Assembly: GCA_963843575.1 (NCBI GenBank)
Contig: CAWJKZ010000019.1
Coordinates: forward strand, 288,001 to 352,000
DNA: 64,000 nt
Reading direction: 5' to 3'
From: an uncultured Acidobacteriota bacterium
Lineage (GTDB): Bacteria; Acidobacteriota; UBA6911
Below are positions 32,055 through 44,819 of this stretch, one piece after another; within the stretch, counting starts at the first letter, position 1, and each line of letters begins with the position of its first letter. The translations under genes and the position numbers were made by a program. The notes beneath the pieces were generated by a model that saw only the letters and a list, made by a program, of their open reading frames with translations, was not told the DNA's origin and did not search any database.

Positions 32055-32912
32055 ATGAAGAAGTATCATAACATTTATTTGCCCGTTAGCCGGTTCTTTG
32101 CTTTCATAGTCAGTGTGTTGCAGGCTTTCAGACGCAATCAGGGTCTCTTGCTGGCCGGCGCTATCGCTTATTATACCCTGCTGTCAATTGTGCCCTCGTC
32201 GATCCTCGCCCTCATTGTGCTTTCACATTATATCGATGAGAGCCTGTTATTTCATACCCTGGCGACATATATAGAAATGATGATACCGGGCTATGCAACT
32301 ACATTGACTGAGCAAGTGCGGGTATTTCTTGAACACGGCAACTCGGTCGGGAGTGTTGTATTTCTCGCTATGCTTTTTTTTAGTTCCATTGCCTTTACCG
32401 TGCTCGAAAGCGCCATGGCAGTGATCTTTTTTCATCGTGTCAGAACTCAACGCCGTCACTTTCTCCTGTCCGCAATTATTCCTTACGTGTATATGTTTTT
32501 AATCGGCGTCGGTATCCTGCTGGTGTCGTTTATTGCGGGTGCCATAGAAACACATAGCGGGGGGCAGTTAGTCGTATTTCGATGGGTTCTCAGCCTTGAG
32601 GGCCCTTCCATTGCTGCACTGTATGTAATCGGGATACTCGGTGAGGTGTTGTTGCTGACTTCCTTCTACCTGGTCATGCCCGTTGTGCGCATCACGTTCC
32701 GGCACGCTCTGATGGGAGGGACGATCGCGACGGCATTATGGGAGATCACCCGCCGTGTGCTGGTCTGGTATTACTCGGTCCTCTCTTCGGTCAATTTGAT
32801 CTACGGTTCGTTTGCCACGTCAGTGGTGGCCCTGCTCAGCATAGAGGCGATAGCCGTTATTGTTTTGCTGGGGGCCCAAGTCATTGCAGAGCTTGAGCGC
32901 AGAAAAGCCTAA
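32055..32912 (+). CDS. YihY/BrkB family membrane protein
   Basis: 'AGAIAYYTLLSIVP', 'IYGSFAT' and 'LLGAQVIAE'; lower GC than the flanks. Confidence 0.85.
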   Translation: MKKYHNIYLPVSRFFAFIVSVLQAFRRNQGLLLAGAIAYYTLLSIVPSSILALIVLSHYIDESLLFHTLATYIEMMIPGYATTLTEQVRVFLEHGNSVGSVVFLAMLFFSSIAFTVLESAMAVIFFHRVRTQRRHFLLSAIIPYVYMFLIGVGILLVSFIAGAIETHSGGQLVVFRWVLSLEGPSIAALYVIGILGEVLLLTSFYLVMPVVRITFRHALMGGTIATALWEITRRVLVWYYSVLSSVNLIYGSFATSVVALLSIEAIAVIVLLGAQVIAELERRKA

Positions 32913-33312
32913 GGTCATCATTTGCGGGCGTATGGTGACGATTCTCAGCCAACCCGCAAGTTCGCCATAGTTGGTCGGTTAGAGTCGGAAACGACCCTCT
33001 ATTTCGCCACAACCGCGGCCGCGCGGGAGTGCAACCGCGCGCCAGGTTTCAAGGCGACGCACTGCCGTTTGCGGGCGAAATGTGTCTGCAGCACTGCCGC
33101 ACTGTTCCGGGAACGTCAACAAAGTCCGATCAGCATCTCCGTGCCTCGCGGGAGGATCTCGTAGGAGGGTGACCATCGGTTCTCAGCTAGTTACCGATGA
33201 CGACAGCAACACCCATATCGACCGGTCAGGTGCTGCTGGAACCGCTTATAGGCGTAGAGGCCGCGGGCCGAGTCGCCCACGAAGACGGAAAGCGCGGTTT
33301 CCGGGACTGCGG

Positions 33313-33377
33313 TGAGCAGTTCTGAACATAGCGTTGAGCAATATTGAACTGTGGAATAAATTGTAATCCTATATCGT
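33313..33377 (+). promoter_or_regulatory. Island promoter motif copy P9
   Basis: TGAGCAGTTCTGAAC-N7-TGAGCAATATTGAAC/TGTGG-N17-TATCGT. Confidence 0.78.
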
Positions 33378-33436
33378 GTTTCCGTGCTTTGGAATCTGGA
33401 AAATTCTATCTTTCGATCTGCAGAAATGGAGCGACT

Positions 33437-33724
33437 ATGGATACTCTAGGTGAAAAGGATAGTGAGCGGTTCGGCAAGCGTGCGGCAGGCAGCATTGGCA
33501 GCGCTGTTGATTTAGCAGGCCAGAAGTTGGATGCTGCGGTTGATTACGTAGAGAGTGCGAAGCAAAACGTCCAGCACACTCTGGATAGAGTGCGCCAAGA
33601 CGGGTGGAAGGGAGCCCAAACAAGGTTGATGGAATATACCCGTCGTGAACCTGCTACTGCTTTGCTGATCGCAATCGGCACCGGTGTGATTGTAGGGTGG
33701 TTAACGAAAAAGACCCGAGGGTAG
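33437..33724 (+). CDS. YqjD/ElaB (DUF883)-like tail-anchored protein
   Basis: Helical N-terminus and C-terminal 'YTRREPATALLIAIGTGVIVGWL'. Confidence 0.7.
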   Translation: MDTLGEKDSERFGKRAAGSIGSAVDLAGQKLDAAVDYVESAKQNVQHTLDRVRQDGWKGAQTRLMEYTRREPATALLIAIGTGVIVGWLTKKTRG

Positions 33725-33728
33725 GTAG

Positions 33729-34160
33729 ATGAGCGCAGGTGCTGAGGTAAATCCCCCTCATGCCGAATCGTCACGTTCCCAACTCCCGTCCCTTTTTAAC
33801 AGATTTGGCGATCAATTACTTAGGCTGTTCGACACCCACCTTGCCCTCTTCAAAGCTGAGTTCAAGGGAGCCGTTAAGATTTATGCAAAGCACCTCATCT
33901 TAACGATTTCTGCCGCGCTGGTTGCGATGGTGGGATTCTTTTTCCTGAGTGTGGGGCTTGTACTCTGGGTCGATGCACACATTAACAATGTGGGCATTTC
34001 ATTCGGTTGCGTGGGAGGGGCTTACCTGACGATCGGTGTCCTAACAGCCCTGGCGGCAGCAAGGAGAGTAACCAATCAGGCTCCCGTCTTTAATCAGACG
34101 CTGGAAGAACTGGAGAGCGACCAACAATGGATAAAGACAGAGACTCAAGCGGCCAGGTAA
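33729..34160 (+). CDS. Holin-X / YqjE-like membrane protein
   Basis: 'HLALFKAEF', two TM segments and 'QTLEELESDQQWIK'. Confidence 0.75.
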   Translation: MSAGAEVNPPHAESSRSQLPSLFNRFGDQLLRLFDTHLALFKAEFKGAVKIYAKHLILTISAALVAMVGFFFLSVGLVLWVDAHINNVGISFGCVGGAYLTIGVLTALAAARRVTNQAPVFNQTLEELESDQQWIKTETQAAR

Positions 34161-34546
34161 ACTCAAAGCAAGAACTGCAGCGGGAGTTGGAGAGAACACG
34201 GCAGTCCATGTCGGATACACTGGGTGAAATCGAAGGGGAAATCTCTGACGCCTTTGACTGGCGAACTTATGTCAGAAGGCACCCGGGAGCTTTTTTGATC
34301 GGAGGCGGAGCACTTGGTTTCATCATCGGCCGTACCATCACAGGATCCGGATACCCTGCGAACGTAAGGAGCGGTCATCATCAGGGCGGCGCCTTTGAAG
34401 GGACCATGGATCAATCGCCTAAGCTCCTTTCCGAAGATTCGAGCATCCGTAGGGTTATTGACATGACCGCCTCGGCGCTGCTTGCACAGTTGGTCCCGAT
34501 TGTGTCTTCCAAGTTGAGAAACCTTCTTGGGATTCACCCCGGTTGA
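34127..34546 (+). CDS. DUF3618-like protein
   Basis: 'ELQRELERTRQSMSDTLGEI...DWRTYVRRHP'; overlaps the upstream gene, as is usual for this trio. Confidence 0.7.
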   Translation: MDKDRDSSGQVNSKQELQRELERTRQSMSDTLGEIEGEISDAFDWRTYVRRHPGAFLIGGGALGFIIGRTITGSGYPANVRSGHHQGGAFEGTMDQSPKLLSEDSSIRRVIDMTASALLAQLVPIVSSKLRNLLGIHPG

Positions 34547-34580
34547 GCTTCGAGGTGGCGAATCGATTCAGGACGCAGAA

Positions 34581-34723
34581 CAACACGGGCGCGAATGAAA
34601 AACAAAAGCCAAAACAGAACGCAGATCCCGCGGATCCAACGGATTCACGCGGATCGACCGCATCCTGTCGCCAGGTCGATCTGTTGGGATCCGCGCGCAT
34701 CCGCGTCCTGAACAAAATACGTT
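34581..34723. repeat. ACGCGGAT/ATCCGCGT palindromic repeat element, copy A
   Basis: Shares CAACACGGGC...AAAAGCCAAAACAGAACGCAGAT and CCGCGCGCATCCGCGTCCTGAA..AAATACGTT with 63099-63173. Confidence 0.75.
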
Positions 34724-34760
34724 AGCTGTTGCAGGGCGCGGGTCCGAGGGTCGGCGCGCG

Positions 34761-34847
34761 CTATCTGCGCCAACGTGAGTATCCCCAACCGCCGCCACCG
34801 ATCAAAAACAACACGACAATAATGATGATCAAAGTTTCCGTTGACAT
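34761..34847 (-). CDS. 28-aa single-TM microprotein (DUF3309-like)
   Basis: GGGAG RBS; MSTETLIIIIVVLFLIGGGGWGYSRWRR*; the only gene downstream of P10. Confidence 0.8.
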   Translation of the reverse strand: MSTETLIIIIVVLFLIGGGGWGYSRWRR

Positions 34848-34981
34848 GTCTCTCCCATCCTTGCGTAACTCATGATTGTTCATTAGCGTCTGTAAACCAT
34901 GCCGCGCAAACGGACTTCACCGTGACAGGACCCCGCTGGTGCGGTCATCTCGCTCCCGTCCGGCATCCGAGGCACGGCTCC

Positions 34982-35046
34982 TTTATACTCAGAAGGTTGT
35001 GGCGTGTCAGTTCAGTATGGCTCACACATATGGTCTATTTTGCTCA
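34982..35046 (-). promoter_or_regulatory. Island promoter motif copy P10
   Basis: Minus strand: TGAGCAAAATAGACC-N7-TGAGCCATACTGAAC/TGACA-N17-TATAAA. Confidence 0.88.
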
Positions 35047-35291
35047 TCGCATTTAGGGTTGTTGGAAAACCCCGGGCAAAGGCACCGGGCTCTTCTGTTC
35101 CGCCCCCCTCCGGGGCTCCGGGACGAAGTGAATGGATCGAGTTCTGTCCGGCTGTTACGGCCGCTAGCGACCGGTTTCCGCAAAACCGCAACGGTCAAGC
35201 GAGAATGGCCAGAGGAAGAACTGTCCAAAAGCGTCGTGTCCCGGTTGCGCTCCGGTTCGATAAGAGTTAGCTTTCAAATGAGGAGAACAGC

Positions 35292-38200
35292 TTGAAGGTG
35301 AGCGAGCCAGATCTTAGGCAACCTGCTGCATTATGTGGCAACCCTCCACGGAAAGGACCCGACGCAAGAATTACGGCGGCGACGAGCCACCGTTGCGATC
35401 GGAACTGTTCAGCAGCGACCAGATGGAGCAGCACGGCAAGGCCCTGGCGGGTTCGCATCAGGTGGGTTCGGGACACGCACCGGACCAACTCCTGACACGC
35501 CTGGCAGAGAATGAAGGGGTGCTCATCGAGGTTCGCAACCTGCTGCTGGAGCCGGTCGAGACGAAGCGCCAGATGACGCCGGCCGGAGAATGGCTGCTGG
35601 ACAACTTCTATCTGATCGAGGAGCAGATTCGCACGGCCAAGAGGCATCTGCCCAAGGGATACAGCCGGGAATTGCCGCGCCTGGTGAACGGCCCATCCGC
35701 CGGACTTCCGCGCGTGTACGACATCGCGCTGGAGACGATCTCGCACGGCGATGGACGGGTGGATTCGGAAAGTCTCAGCAGCTTCGTGGCAGCCTACCAG
35801 TCGGTCAGTGCCCTGAATCTGGGCGAATTGTGGGCAATCCCCATCATGCTCCGCCTGGCGTTGATCGAAAATCTCCGCCGCGTGGGAGCCCGACTGGGCG
35901 CCGGCAGAATCTATCGAAACCAGGCCGACCATTGGGCCGGCCGGATGACGGAGATCGCCGAGAAGGACCCGAAGAGTCTGATCCTCGTGACCGCGGATAT
36001 GGCGCGGTCCAGTCCGCCGATGGTGAGCTCGTTCGTCGCGGAGTTTGCGCGCCGTTTGCAGGGACAGAGCCCCGCGCTGGCATTGCCGCTTACCTGGATC
36101 GAGCAGCGACTCTCCGAGTCCGGCCTGACGATCGATCAGCTGGTTCAGTCGGAACACCAGCAACAGGCCGCCGACCAGGTCTCGCATCAGCAACAGCATC
36201 GGCAGCCTCCGATTTCTGGGAGCGATGGACTGGCGAGAGTTCGTCGAGACGCTGAGCGTTGTCGACCAGGTTCTTCGTGAGGATGCCGGCGGAGTCTACG
36301 GCAAGATGGATTTTGCCACCCGCGACCGCTACCGTCACGCCGTGGAGAAAATAGCGAAGAGCAGCCCTCTATCCGAAGATGCTGTGGCGCGCAAGGCCAT
36401 CCAGTTAGCCCGCGAAGGCGCAGCCAACAAAGGGAGTCTCGATCGAGAGGCCCATGTCGGATTCTACCTGATCGACAAGGGCGTGCCGCAGCTCGAACGA
36501 GCTGTGAAGGCGCGCCTGTCTATTGCGAGAAACTGTTCGGCGAATGAGCAGTCGGTTTCCTCTGCTCCTCTATCCAGGCACCATCACGCTGATCACAGCG
36601 ATACTGTCCGCGGGCTTGTTGGCGAAGGCGCATGCCGGCGGGTTGCATGGTTGGGCGCTCGCTCTGGTCGGAATCCTGACGCTTCTGTGCTCAAGTCATC
36701 TGGCGGTCGCGCTGGTGAATTGGCTGGTGACGCTGCTGGTGACGCCGCATCCGCTGCCGCGCATGGACTTCTCCGGAGGAATTCCGCCGGAATCCCGCAC
36801 CCTGGTCGTGATCCCGACGATGCTCACGAGTTCTCAGAATGTCGAGGATCTTGTCGAGGCGCTTGAAGTCCGCTTCCTGGCCAATCGGGATGAAAACCTG
36901 CACTTCGGCCTGCTGACCGATTTCCGAGACGCCCACGAGGAAACGATTCCGGAGGATGAGCCGCTGCTGCGGCTTGCCGAGAAGAGAATCAGGGAGCTGA
37001 ATGAAAAGTATGGAGGTGCGAAGATGCGACACCTTCTTTCTTTTTCATCGCCCGCGCCGATGGAATCCCCGGGAGCGGCGGTGGATGGGTTACGAGCGCA
37101 AGCGAGGAAAACTCGCGGAATTGAATTCTCTCTTGCGCGGCGGTTCGAGGGAGCGTTTCTCGACCGTGGTCGGTGAAACTGCAGTCTTATCAAACGTGAA
37201 GTACGTGATCACGCTCGACACGGATACGCAACTGCCGCGCGATTCGGCGCGGCAGTTTGTGGGAGCCATGGAGCACCCGCTGAATCGGGCGCGGTACTGC
37301 CACGACAAGCAGCGTGTCTGTGAGGGGTATGGCATTCTTCAGCCGCGTGTGGCCGTGAGCCTGCCGGGCACCAACCGGTCCAGGTATGCGCGGCTGTTTG
37401 GCAGCGAGCCGGGCATCGATCCTTACACGCGCGCAGTCTCCGATGTTTACCAGGACTTGTTCGGTGAAGGCTCGTTCATCGGCAAAGGCATTTATGATGT
37501 GGATGCATTTGAGCTGGCGCTCAACGGCCGCTTTCCCGAGAACCGCATCCTCAGCCACGACCTTCTCGAAGGGTGTTACGCGCGGGCGGGGCTGATGAGC
37601 GACGTGCAGTTGTATGAGGAATATCCATCCCGCTACAGCGCCGACGTGAGCCGCCGGCACCGCTGGATTCGCGGAGACTGGCAGATTGCCCGGTGGTTGC
37701 TGCCGCGCGTCCCCGGTCCAGGCGGGCGCCGTCAAAAGAACCCGCTCTCGGGATTGTCCCTGATGGAAGATCTTCGACAATCTGCGGCGCAGTCTCGTGC
37801 CTCGGCATTGACACTCCTGCTGCTCCTGGGCTGGATGTTCCTGTCACCTGTCTGGCTGTGGTCATTGTCGGTGACCGGCAATCATCCTGATTCCTTCCTT
37901 GATTGGATCCATTCTGGAGATCGCTCGAAAACCGGCTGATGTGCTGCTGAGTCAGCACATCGCAGGCTGCACTGCGATCGGCAGGCCGGCACCTGGCTCA
38001 GGCAGCGTTTATGCTCGTGTGCCTGCCCTACGAAGCATTCTTCAGCCTGGATGCGATCGTACGAACGGCGGTAAGGATGTTTGTCACACGCAGGCGACTC
38101 CTGGAATGGAGTCCGTCGACCGATCCCGACCGCAATACCCGCTCGAGCCTTTTCGCCTCTTGCCGCTCGATGTGGATCGCGCCCTTCTTGGCCACCGCGG

Positions 38201-41200
38201 CAGGAATCTATCTGGCGCTTTCGAGACCTGCCGCGCTAGCCACCTCCGTCCCCATACTGGGTCTCTGGTTTGCCTCTCCTGCCATCGCCTGGTGGATCAG
38301 CCGGCCGCTTGCGCGCCGGGAGGCGAGGCTGACGGCTGAACAGATCGTCTTTCTCCGCAAGCTCTCCCGAAAGATCTGGGCGTTCTTCGAGACTTTTGTC
38401 GGCCCGGAAGACCATTGGCTGCCGCCCGACAACTTTCAGGAGCATCCGGTTGAAGTCGTGGGACATCGCACGTCGCCGACCAATATGGGACTTGCACTGC
38501 TCGCAAATCTGTCCGCATACGACTTCGGCTATATCCCGGCCGGACAGCTCATCGTGCGCACGGGGAATGCATTCGATACGATGGAGGGCCTGGAGCGGTA
38601 CAGAGGCCACTTCTACAACTGGTACGACACACAGTCTTTGAAACCGCTGTTGCCGGCCTACGTTTCGTCGGTGGACAGCGGAAACCTCGCGGGCCTCCTG
38701 CTGACATTGCGGCCAGGTCTGCTCGAGCTTCCCGATCACAGGATCCTGGCGCCGCGCTTTTTTGACGGACTCGGCGACACGCTGAGAATCCTGGTGGACG
38801 CTGCGGGAGAAGCCGCTCCGGCGGCGCTGGCCCGACTGCAGAGGGATCTGGACGACGCATTGTCTTCCAGGCCGACAACGCTTGATGCGGCGCGGCAGTG
38901 TCTCGGCCGGCTGGCAAAATCCGCCGCGGCGGTGGAGCGCAGCCTCGAGGCTCGATCCCGGGAGCCAGGCACGTGGTGGGCGAATGCCCTTGCCCGGCAA
39001 TGCCAGGGAGCACTCGATGATCTGATGTTTCTGGCTCCTTGGACATCTCTGTCGCCCCCGAAGAACCCGGCCAGCGAGATCTCCGGTCTCGACGAGATTC
39101 CCACCCTGCGCGAACTGGCAGGATTTGAGGCGAAGCTGCTGCCGGCGATCGAGCGCCGGCTCCTGTCGGCGGGCAATCCAGAGGAGAAGCGCATGGCTCG
39201 GCGGAGCTTCGACCCTCCATCATTGAAGCAAGCCGACGCGCCCAAGAGAGGATTGCGTCCATTGAAAGGCTCGCACTGCGCTCGGTCGAACTCTCCCATA
39301 TGGAGTATGACTTCCTGTACGACAAGGCCCGTCATTTATTGGCGATCGGATACAACGTTTCCGCGCACCGGCGCGATTCGAGTTACTACGATCTGTTGGC
39401 TTCGGAAGCGAGATTGGCCAGTTTTGTAACGATAGCCCAGGGACAGCTGCCTCAGGAGAGCTGGTTTGCCCTGGGGCGTCTGCTCACTACCGCCGGCGGA
39501 GATCCGATCCTGCTTTCGTGGGGCGGATCGATGTTCGAGTATCTCATGCCACTGCTGGTAATGCCGACCTACGAGAACACGCTGCTCGACCAGACCTGCA
39601 AAGCGGCGGTGGACCGGCAGATTGAGTATGGGAGGACACGCGGGGTGCCCTGGGGCATTTCGGAATCCGGCTACAATGCGGTCGACGTCCATCTCAACTA
39701 TCAGTACCGGGCGTTTGGCGTACCCGGCCTGGGACTCAGACGAGGGCTGGCCGAGGATTTGGTCATTGCACCGTATGCGTCAGCATTGGCGCTGATGGTG
39801 GCGCCCGAGGAGGCGTGCCTCAATCTGCAGCGACTCGCCGCCGACGGCTTTGAAGGAAGATACGGCTTCTATGAAGCCATCGACTACACGCCGTCGCGTC
39901 AACCACGCGGTCAATCGAGTGCCGTGGTCCGGTCGTTCATGGCACACCACCAGGGCATGAGCTTGCTGGCACTGGCGTATCTGCTCCTGGACCGCCCGAT
40001 GCAGAAGCGATTCGAGTCGGATCCGTTGTTCCAGGCGACCATGCTGTTGCTCCAGGAGCGCATTCCAAAGGCGACGGCGTTCTTCTCGCAGGCTGCCGAG
40101 CTTTCCGACTTGCGTAGGATCTCCAACGGCACGGAAACGCCGATCCGCGTCTTCAGCAGCCCCGACACTCCGATACCGGAGGTGCAGTTGCTGTCAAATG
40201 GCAGATACCACGTGATGGTCACGAACGCGGGCGGAGGATACAGCCGCTGGAAGAATCTCGCGGTCACACGCTGGCGGGAAGACAGCACCTGCGACAACTG
40301 GGGCATGTTCTGCTACATCCGCGACGCAACCAGCGGGGATGTCTGGTCCACGGCATATCAGCCGACGCGCAAAGGATCGGAGAAGTACGAGGCGATTTTT
40401 TCGGAGGCGCGCGCGGAGTTCCGTCGCCGGGACCACGACATCGAGACACATACGGAGATCGCAGTCTCACCTGAGGATGACATCGAGCTGCGCCGGATTA
40501 CCGTTACCAACCGTTCCCGGACCCGCAGGGTGATCGAACTGACGAGCTATGCGGAAGTCGTTCTCGCGTCGCCTGCAGGCCGACGCACTGCATCCGGCGT
40601 TCAGCAATCTCTTTGTTCAGACCGAGATTATCAGCCGGCAGAGGGCGATCCTGTGCACCCGCCGGCCGCGCTCGCTCGACGAGCCGACGCCATGGATGTT
40701 TCACCTTCTCGCGCGTCCAGGGCGCGGACATTGGGGAGATATCCTATGAGACCGACCGCTTGCAGTTCATCGGCAGGGGAAACACCGTCGCCGACCCGCA
40801 AGCGATGCGCGGTTCTGCGGACGCTCTCCGGCAGCCAGGGATCCGTTCTCGATCCGATTGTCGCGATCCGATACCGGATCACACTCGATCCGGAAGAATC
40901 GGCGTCGGTGAATGTCGTCTCCGGCATCGGTGAAACCCGGGACGAGTGCCTGGGGCTGGTTGAGAAATACCAGGACCGGCGTCTGGCGGATCGTGTCTTT
41001 GAACTTGCCTGGACGCATGGCCAGGTGGTCCTGCGGCAGCTCAACGCCACGGAAGCCGACGCGCAACTCTATGGACGCCTGGCCAGCTCCATCCTCTACG
41101 CCAATTCCTCTCTGCGCGCCGACCCGAGCGTCCTCATAAAAAACCGCCGAGGGCAATCCGGTCTGTGGGGCTACTCCATTTCCGGCGATTTGCCGATCGT

Positions 41201-44009
41201 GCTGCTGCGGATTGGAGACCCGGCTAATATCGATCTCGTGCGCCAGCTCGTCCAGGCGCACGCGTACTGGCGCCTGAAAGGATTGTCGGTCGACCTGGTG
41301 ATCTGGAACGAAGATCATGCCGGCTACCGGCAACTGCTCCACGACCAGATCATGGGGCTGATCGCCGCAGGCATCGAAGCCAACGTGACAAATCGGCCGG
41401 GCGGCATTTTTGTCAGAGCCGCGGAGCAAATATCGAACGAGGATCGCATGTTGCTCGAGTCGGTCGCTCGCGCCATCATCACCGACAGTCGAGGATCGCT
41501 GGCAGACCAGATCAATCATCACCGCCCCGCGGAAGCACCACGTCCCGCGCCTTATGCCGAGGCGAACCAGCCATAGCGAGCCCCCGGCGGTGCCTGCGCT
41601 GCCTCGCCGCGATCTGATCTTTTTCAACGGGCTGGGCGGATTCACGCTCCGATGGACGCGAGTATGTAATCACGACCGCGCCCGGGCAGGTGACGCCGGC
41701 CCCGTGGGTCAATGTCCTGGCGAATCCGCTGTTCGGAACCGTAGTCTCGGAAAGCGGCTCTGCCTGCACCTGGAGCGAGAATGCCCACGAGTTCCGCCTC
41801 ACTCCCTGGAACAACGACCCCGTGAGCGATTCGAGCGGAGAGGCTTTTTACATCCGCGACGAAGAAAGGGGGCACTTCTGGTCCCCAACGCCGCTGCCGA
41901 GCCGCGGAGCGACGCCTTACGCCAGCCGGCACGGATTCGGGTACAGCGTCTTCGAGCACACCGAGCGCGGCATCCGCTCGGATCTTACGGTTTTCGTGGC
42001 CCTGGACGCGCCGATCAAGTTCACGGTGTTGAAGGTGCGAAACGAGTCCGGCCGATCCCGCCGGCTCTCTGCGACGGGATATGTGGAATGGGTGCTGGGA
42101 GACCTGCGGCCGAAATCGACCATGCACGTGGTCACCGAAGTCGACCCAGCAGCGGAGCGCTCTTCGCGCGGAATCCCTACAACACGGAGTTTGCGGATCG
42201 GGTTGCCTTTTTCGACGTGGACGATGCCATTCGAACCGTCAGTTGCGACCGGACGGAGTTCCTGGGGCGTAACGGCACGCTTCGGAGTCCGGCAGCCATG
42301 TTTCGGGTGCGGCTTTCCGGGAAAATGGGAGCCGCGCTGGACCCCTGTGCCGCGGTGCAGGTTCCATTCGAGCTTGCCAACGGCGAAGAGCGTGAGTTCA
42401 TCTTCAGGCTCGGAGCCGGGCGAGACGCCGAAGACGCCGGCAAGCTGGCAAATCGCTTCCGCGGAGCCGCCGCGGCGCATGGCGCGCTCGAAGCGGTGTG
42501 GCAGTACTGGAAACGCACGCTGGGCGCCGTGCATGTGGAAACCCCGGACGAGTCCCTCAATGTCCTGACCAACGGCTGGCTCCTGTACCAGACTCTCGCG
42601 TGTCGTCTCTGGGCGCGAAGCGCATTCTACCAGCCGGGTGGAGCCTTCGGTTTTCGCGATCAGTTGCAGGATGTAATGGCGCTCATCCACGCCGAGCCTC
42701 GCCTTGTGCGCGAGCACCTGCTCCGCGCCGCGGCACATCAGTTCCGGGACGGAGATGTCCAGCATTGGTGGCATCCCCCGTCGGACCGGGGCGTGCGCAC
42801 GCACTGTTCGGATGACTACCTCTGGCTGCCGTTGGCAACCTGCCGCTACGTTCTGAATACTGGAGATACCGGGGTGTTGGATGAATCTGTCCACTTCCTC
42901 GAAGGACGCCAGGTAAACGCCGACGAGGACTCGTATTACGATCTGCCCGGCCGGTCCGAGGAAGCGGACAGCCTGTACGGACACTGTGTGCGAGCGATCA
43001 AGCGGGGCCTCAGATTTGGCGAGCACGGCCTGCCGCTTATCGGCTCCGGCGATTGGAACGACGGCATGAACCTTGTCGGCGAACATGGCAAGGGCGAAAG
43101 CGTCTGGTTGGGATTCTTCCTCTATGAAGTGCTCATGCGCTTCACTGAAGTCGCCCGCAAGCGGGGCGACGCCTCCTTCGCCGATCGCTGCCGGAGCGAG
43201 GCGGCTCAAGTGCGCCGGAACATCGAGCAGAATGGCTGGGATGGCGCGTGGTACCGCCGCGCATACTTCGACGACGGCTCGCCGCTTGGCTCGGCGAGCA
43301 ACCCCGAGTGTCAGATCGATTCGGTTGCGCAAAGCTGGTCTGTCCTGTCCGGAGGAGGCGATGCCGAACGCTCGCGCATGGCGATGGAAGCGGTGGACAA
43401 GCGTCTGGTTCGCCGGGACCATGCGCTGATCCAACTCCTGGACCCGCCGTTCGACAAGTCGAATTTGAATCCCGGCTACATAAAAGGGTACGTCCCGGGC
43501 GTGAGAGAGAATGGCGGACAGTACACGCATGGGGCGATCTGGGCGTCGATGGCTTTCGCCGCCTTGGGCGACAGCCGGCGCGCTTGGGAACTATTTGGCA
43601 TCATCAATCCGGTGAACCACTCGAAATCTCCGGAGGGAATTGCCGACCTACAAGGTGGAACCGTATGTCGTCGCGGCCGACGTATACGCGCTCTCGCCGC
43701 ACACAGGCCGCGGTGGCTGGACCTGGTACACGGGCTCGGCCGGGTGGATGTACCGGCTGATCGTGGAATCACTCCTGGGGCTGCGGTTGGAAGTGGACAA
43801 GCTGCACCTTGCTCCGTGCCTTCCCGCGGATTGGAAGGAGTTCAAGGTCCATTACCGGTATCGGGAGACTGTCTATCACATCTCCGTCCTGCAAACGCGC
43901 GCGGTGAAGGGCCGGACAGACCGTGACCGTCGATGGCATCGAGCGAGACGACAATGTCATTCCCCTTGTCGATGACCGTCAGGAGCACTCGGTCGAGGTG
44001 AGAACATAG
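35292..44009 (+). CDS. ndvB: Cyclic beta-1,2-glucan synthase (Cgs/NdvB-like, with GH94 C-terminus); broken by many frameshifts
   Basis: Collinear fragments: 'EWLLDNFY', '[11 protein letters not shown]', 'ITLDTDT', 'LSHDLLEG', '[11 protein letters not shown]', 'RTSPTN', '[12 protein letters not shown]', '[11 protein letters not shown]', 'GDWNDG', 'RENGGQYTH' and '[12 protein letters not shown]'. Confidence 0.88.
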
Positions 44010-44243
44010 CCGCACCGTGCATGGCGCACGATGCTCCAGGCTGCGCTCGACTGCCCGCAGAGGTCATCGAGACTCACTAATCGGTTCACCGGCCTGTATC
44101 TCGAGATTCTTCGAGCCTTCCAGTCTCGGAGGTTACGCAAGCCTACCTCTAAAACCCGAAGGCTCAATACAGTCTGAACGGTCCGCAACATCATCGGTTC
44201 ATTGGTTGAGGTAGGAGTCTCGAAGCTCACCAGTAACGGGTCC

Positions 44244-44585
44244 TCAGGCGTCGGCTATTTTAACCTTGGCGTCCGGGCTGGTTCCTTTGATGACAACCTT
44301 CACAGCATCTTCCATCGGGTCTTTGAAGGGAACCTCGATCCGGAGCAGGCCGTGCTCGTAGGTCGCTTCTGCTTTGACGGGTTTCACCGGCCAGCCTAAA
44401 GCCAGTGCCGAAACATACTCGACGTCCCTTGCCGGCGCTGTCAGGTGAATGCTGTCTTCCAGGATCTTCACATCGATGCTCTCTGTTGGCGCTCCCGGGA
44501 TGGCGAACTCTACTACCAGCTTGTTGGTCTCCGCGTCCGCATACGCCACCGTATTTGGCGCAACCTTGATTCGATATTCCGACAT
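44244..44585 (-). CDS. Hsp20/alpha-crystallin small heat-shock protein
   Basis: 'LVVEFAIPG...IDVKI...AEATYEHGLLRIEVP'; AGAGG RBS. Confidence 0.85.
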   Translation of the reverse strand: MSEYRIKVAPNTVAYADAETNKLVVEFAIPGAPTESIDVKILEDSIHLTAPARDVEYVSALALGWPVKPVKAEATYEHGLLRIEVPFKDPMEDAVKVVIKGTSPDAKVKIADA

Positions 44586-44741
44586 CCTGATACCCTCTCT
44601 TTTCACCAATGTCATTGATTTCATTGAAACAGGCACAATTGATCTTCTGAAACGACCCCCCGCAAAATGAGTTTTCCGGTCCTTCGAAGACGCTATGGTC
44701 CCGCCTCCGCTTTCCCGCCAGATCATTAAAGAAGCACTTAA

Positions 44742-44806
44742 TGCATACCATCATGGCCCTTCGGTGTAAGTTCACTACTGATCACAGGTATGGTCAAAAC
44801 AGCTCA
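44742..44806 (-). promoter_or_regulatory. Island promoter motif copy P11 (faces Hsp20)
   Basis: Minus strand: TGAGCTGTTTTGACC-N7-TGATCAGTAGTGAAC/TTACA-N17-TATGCA. Confidence 0.85.
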
Positions 44807-44819
44807 TTTAGAACTGCAG

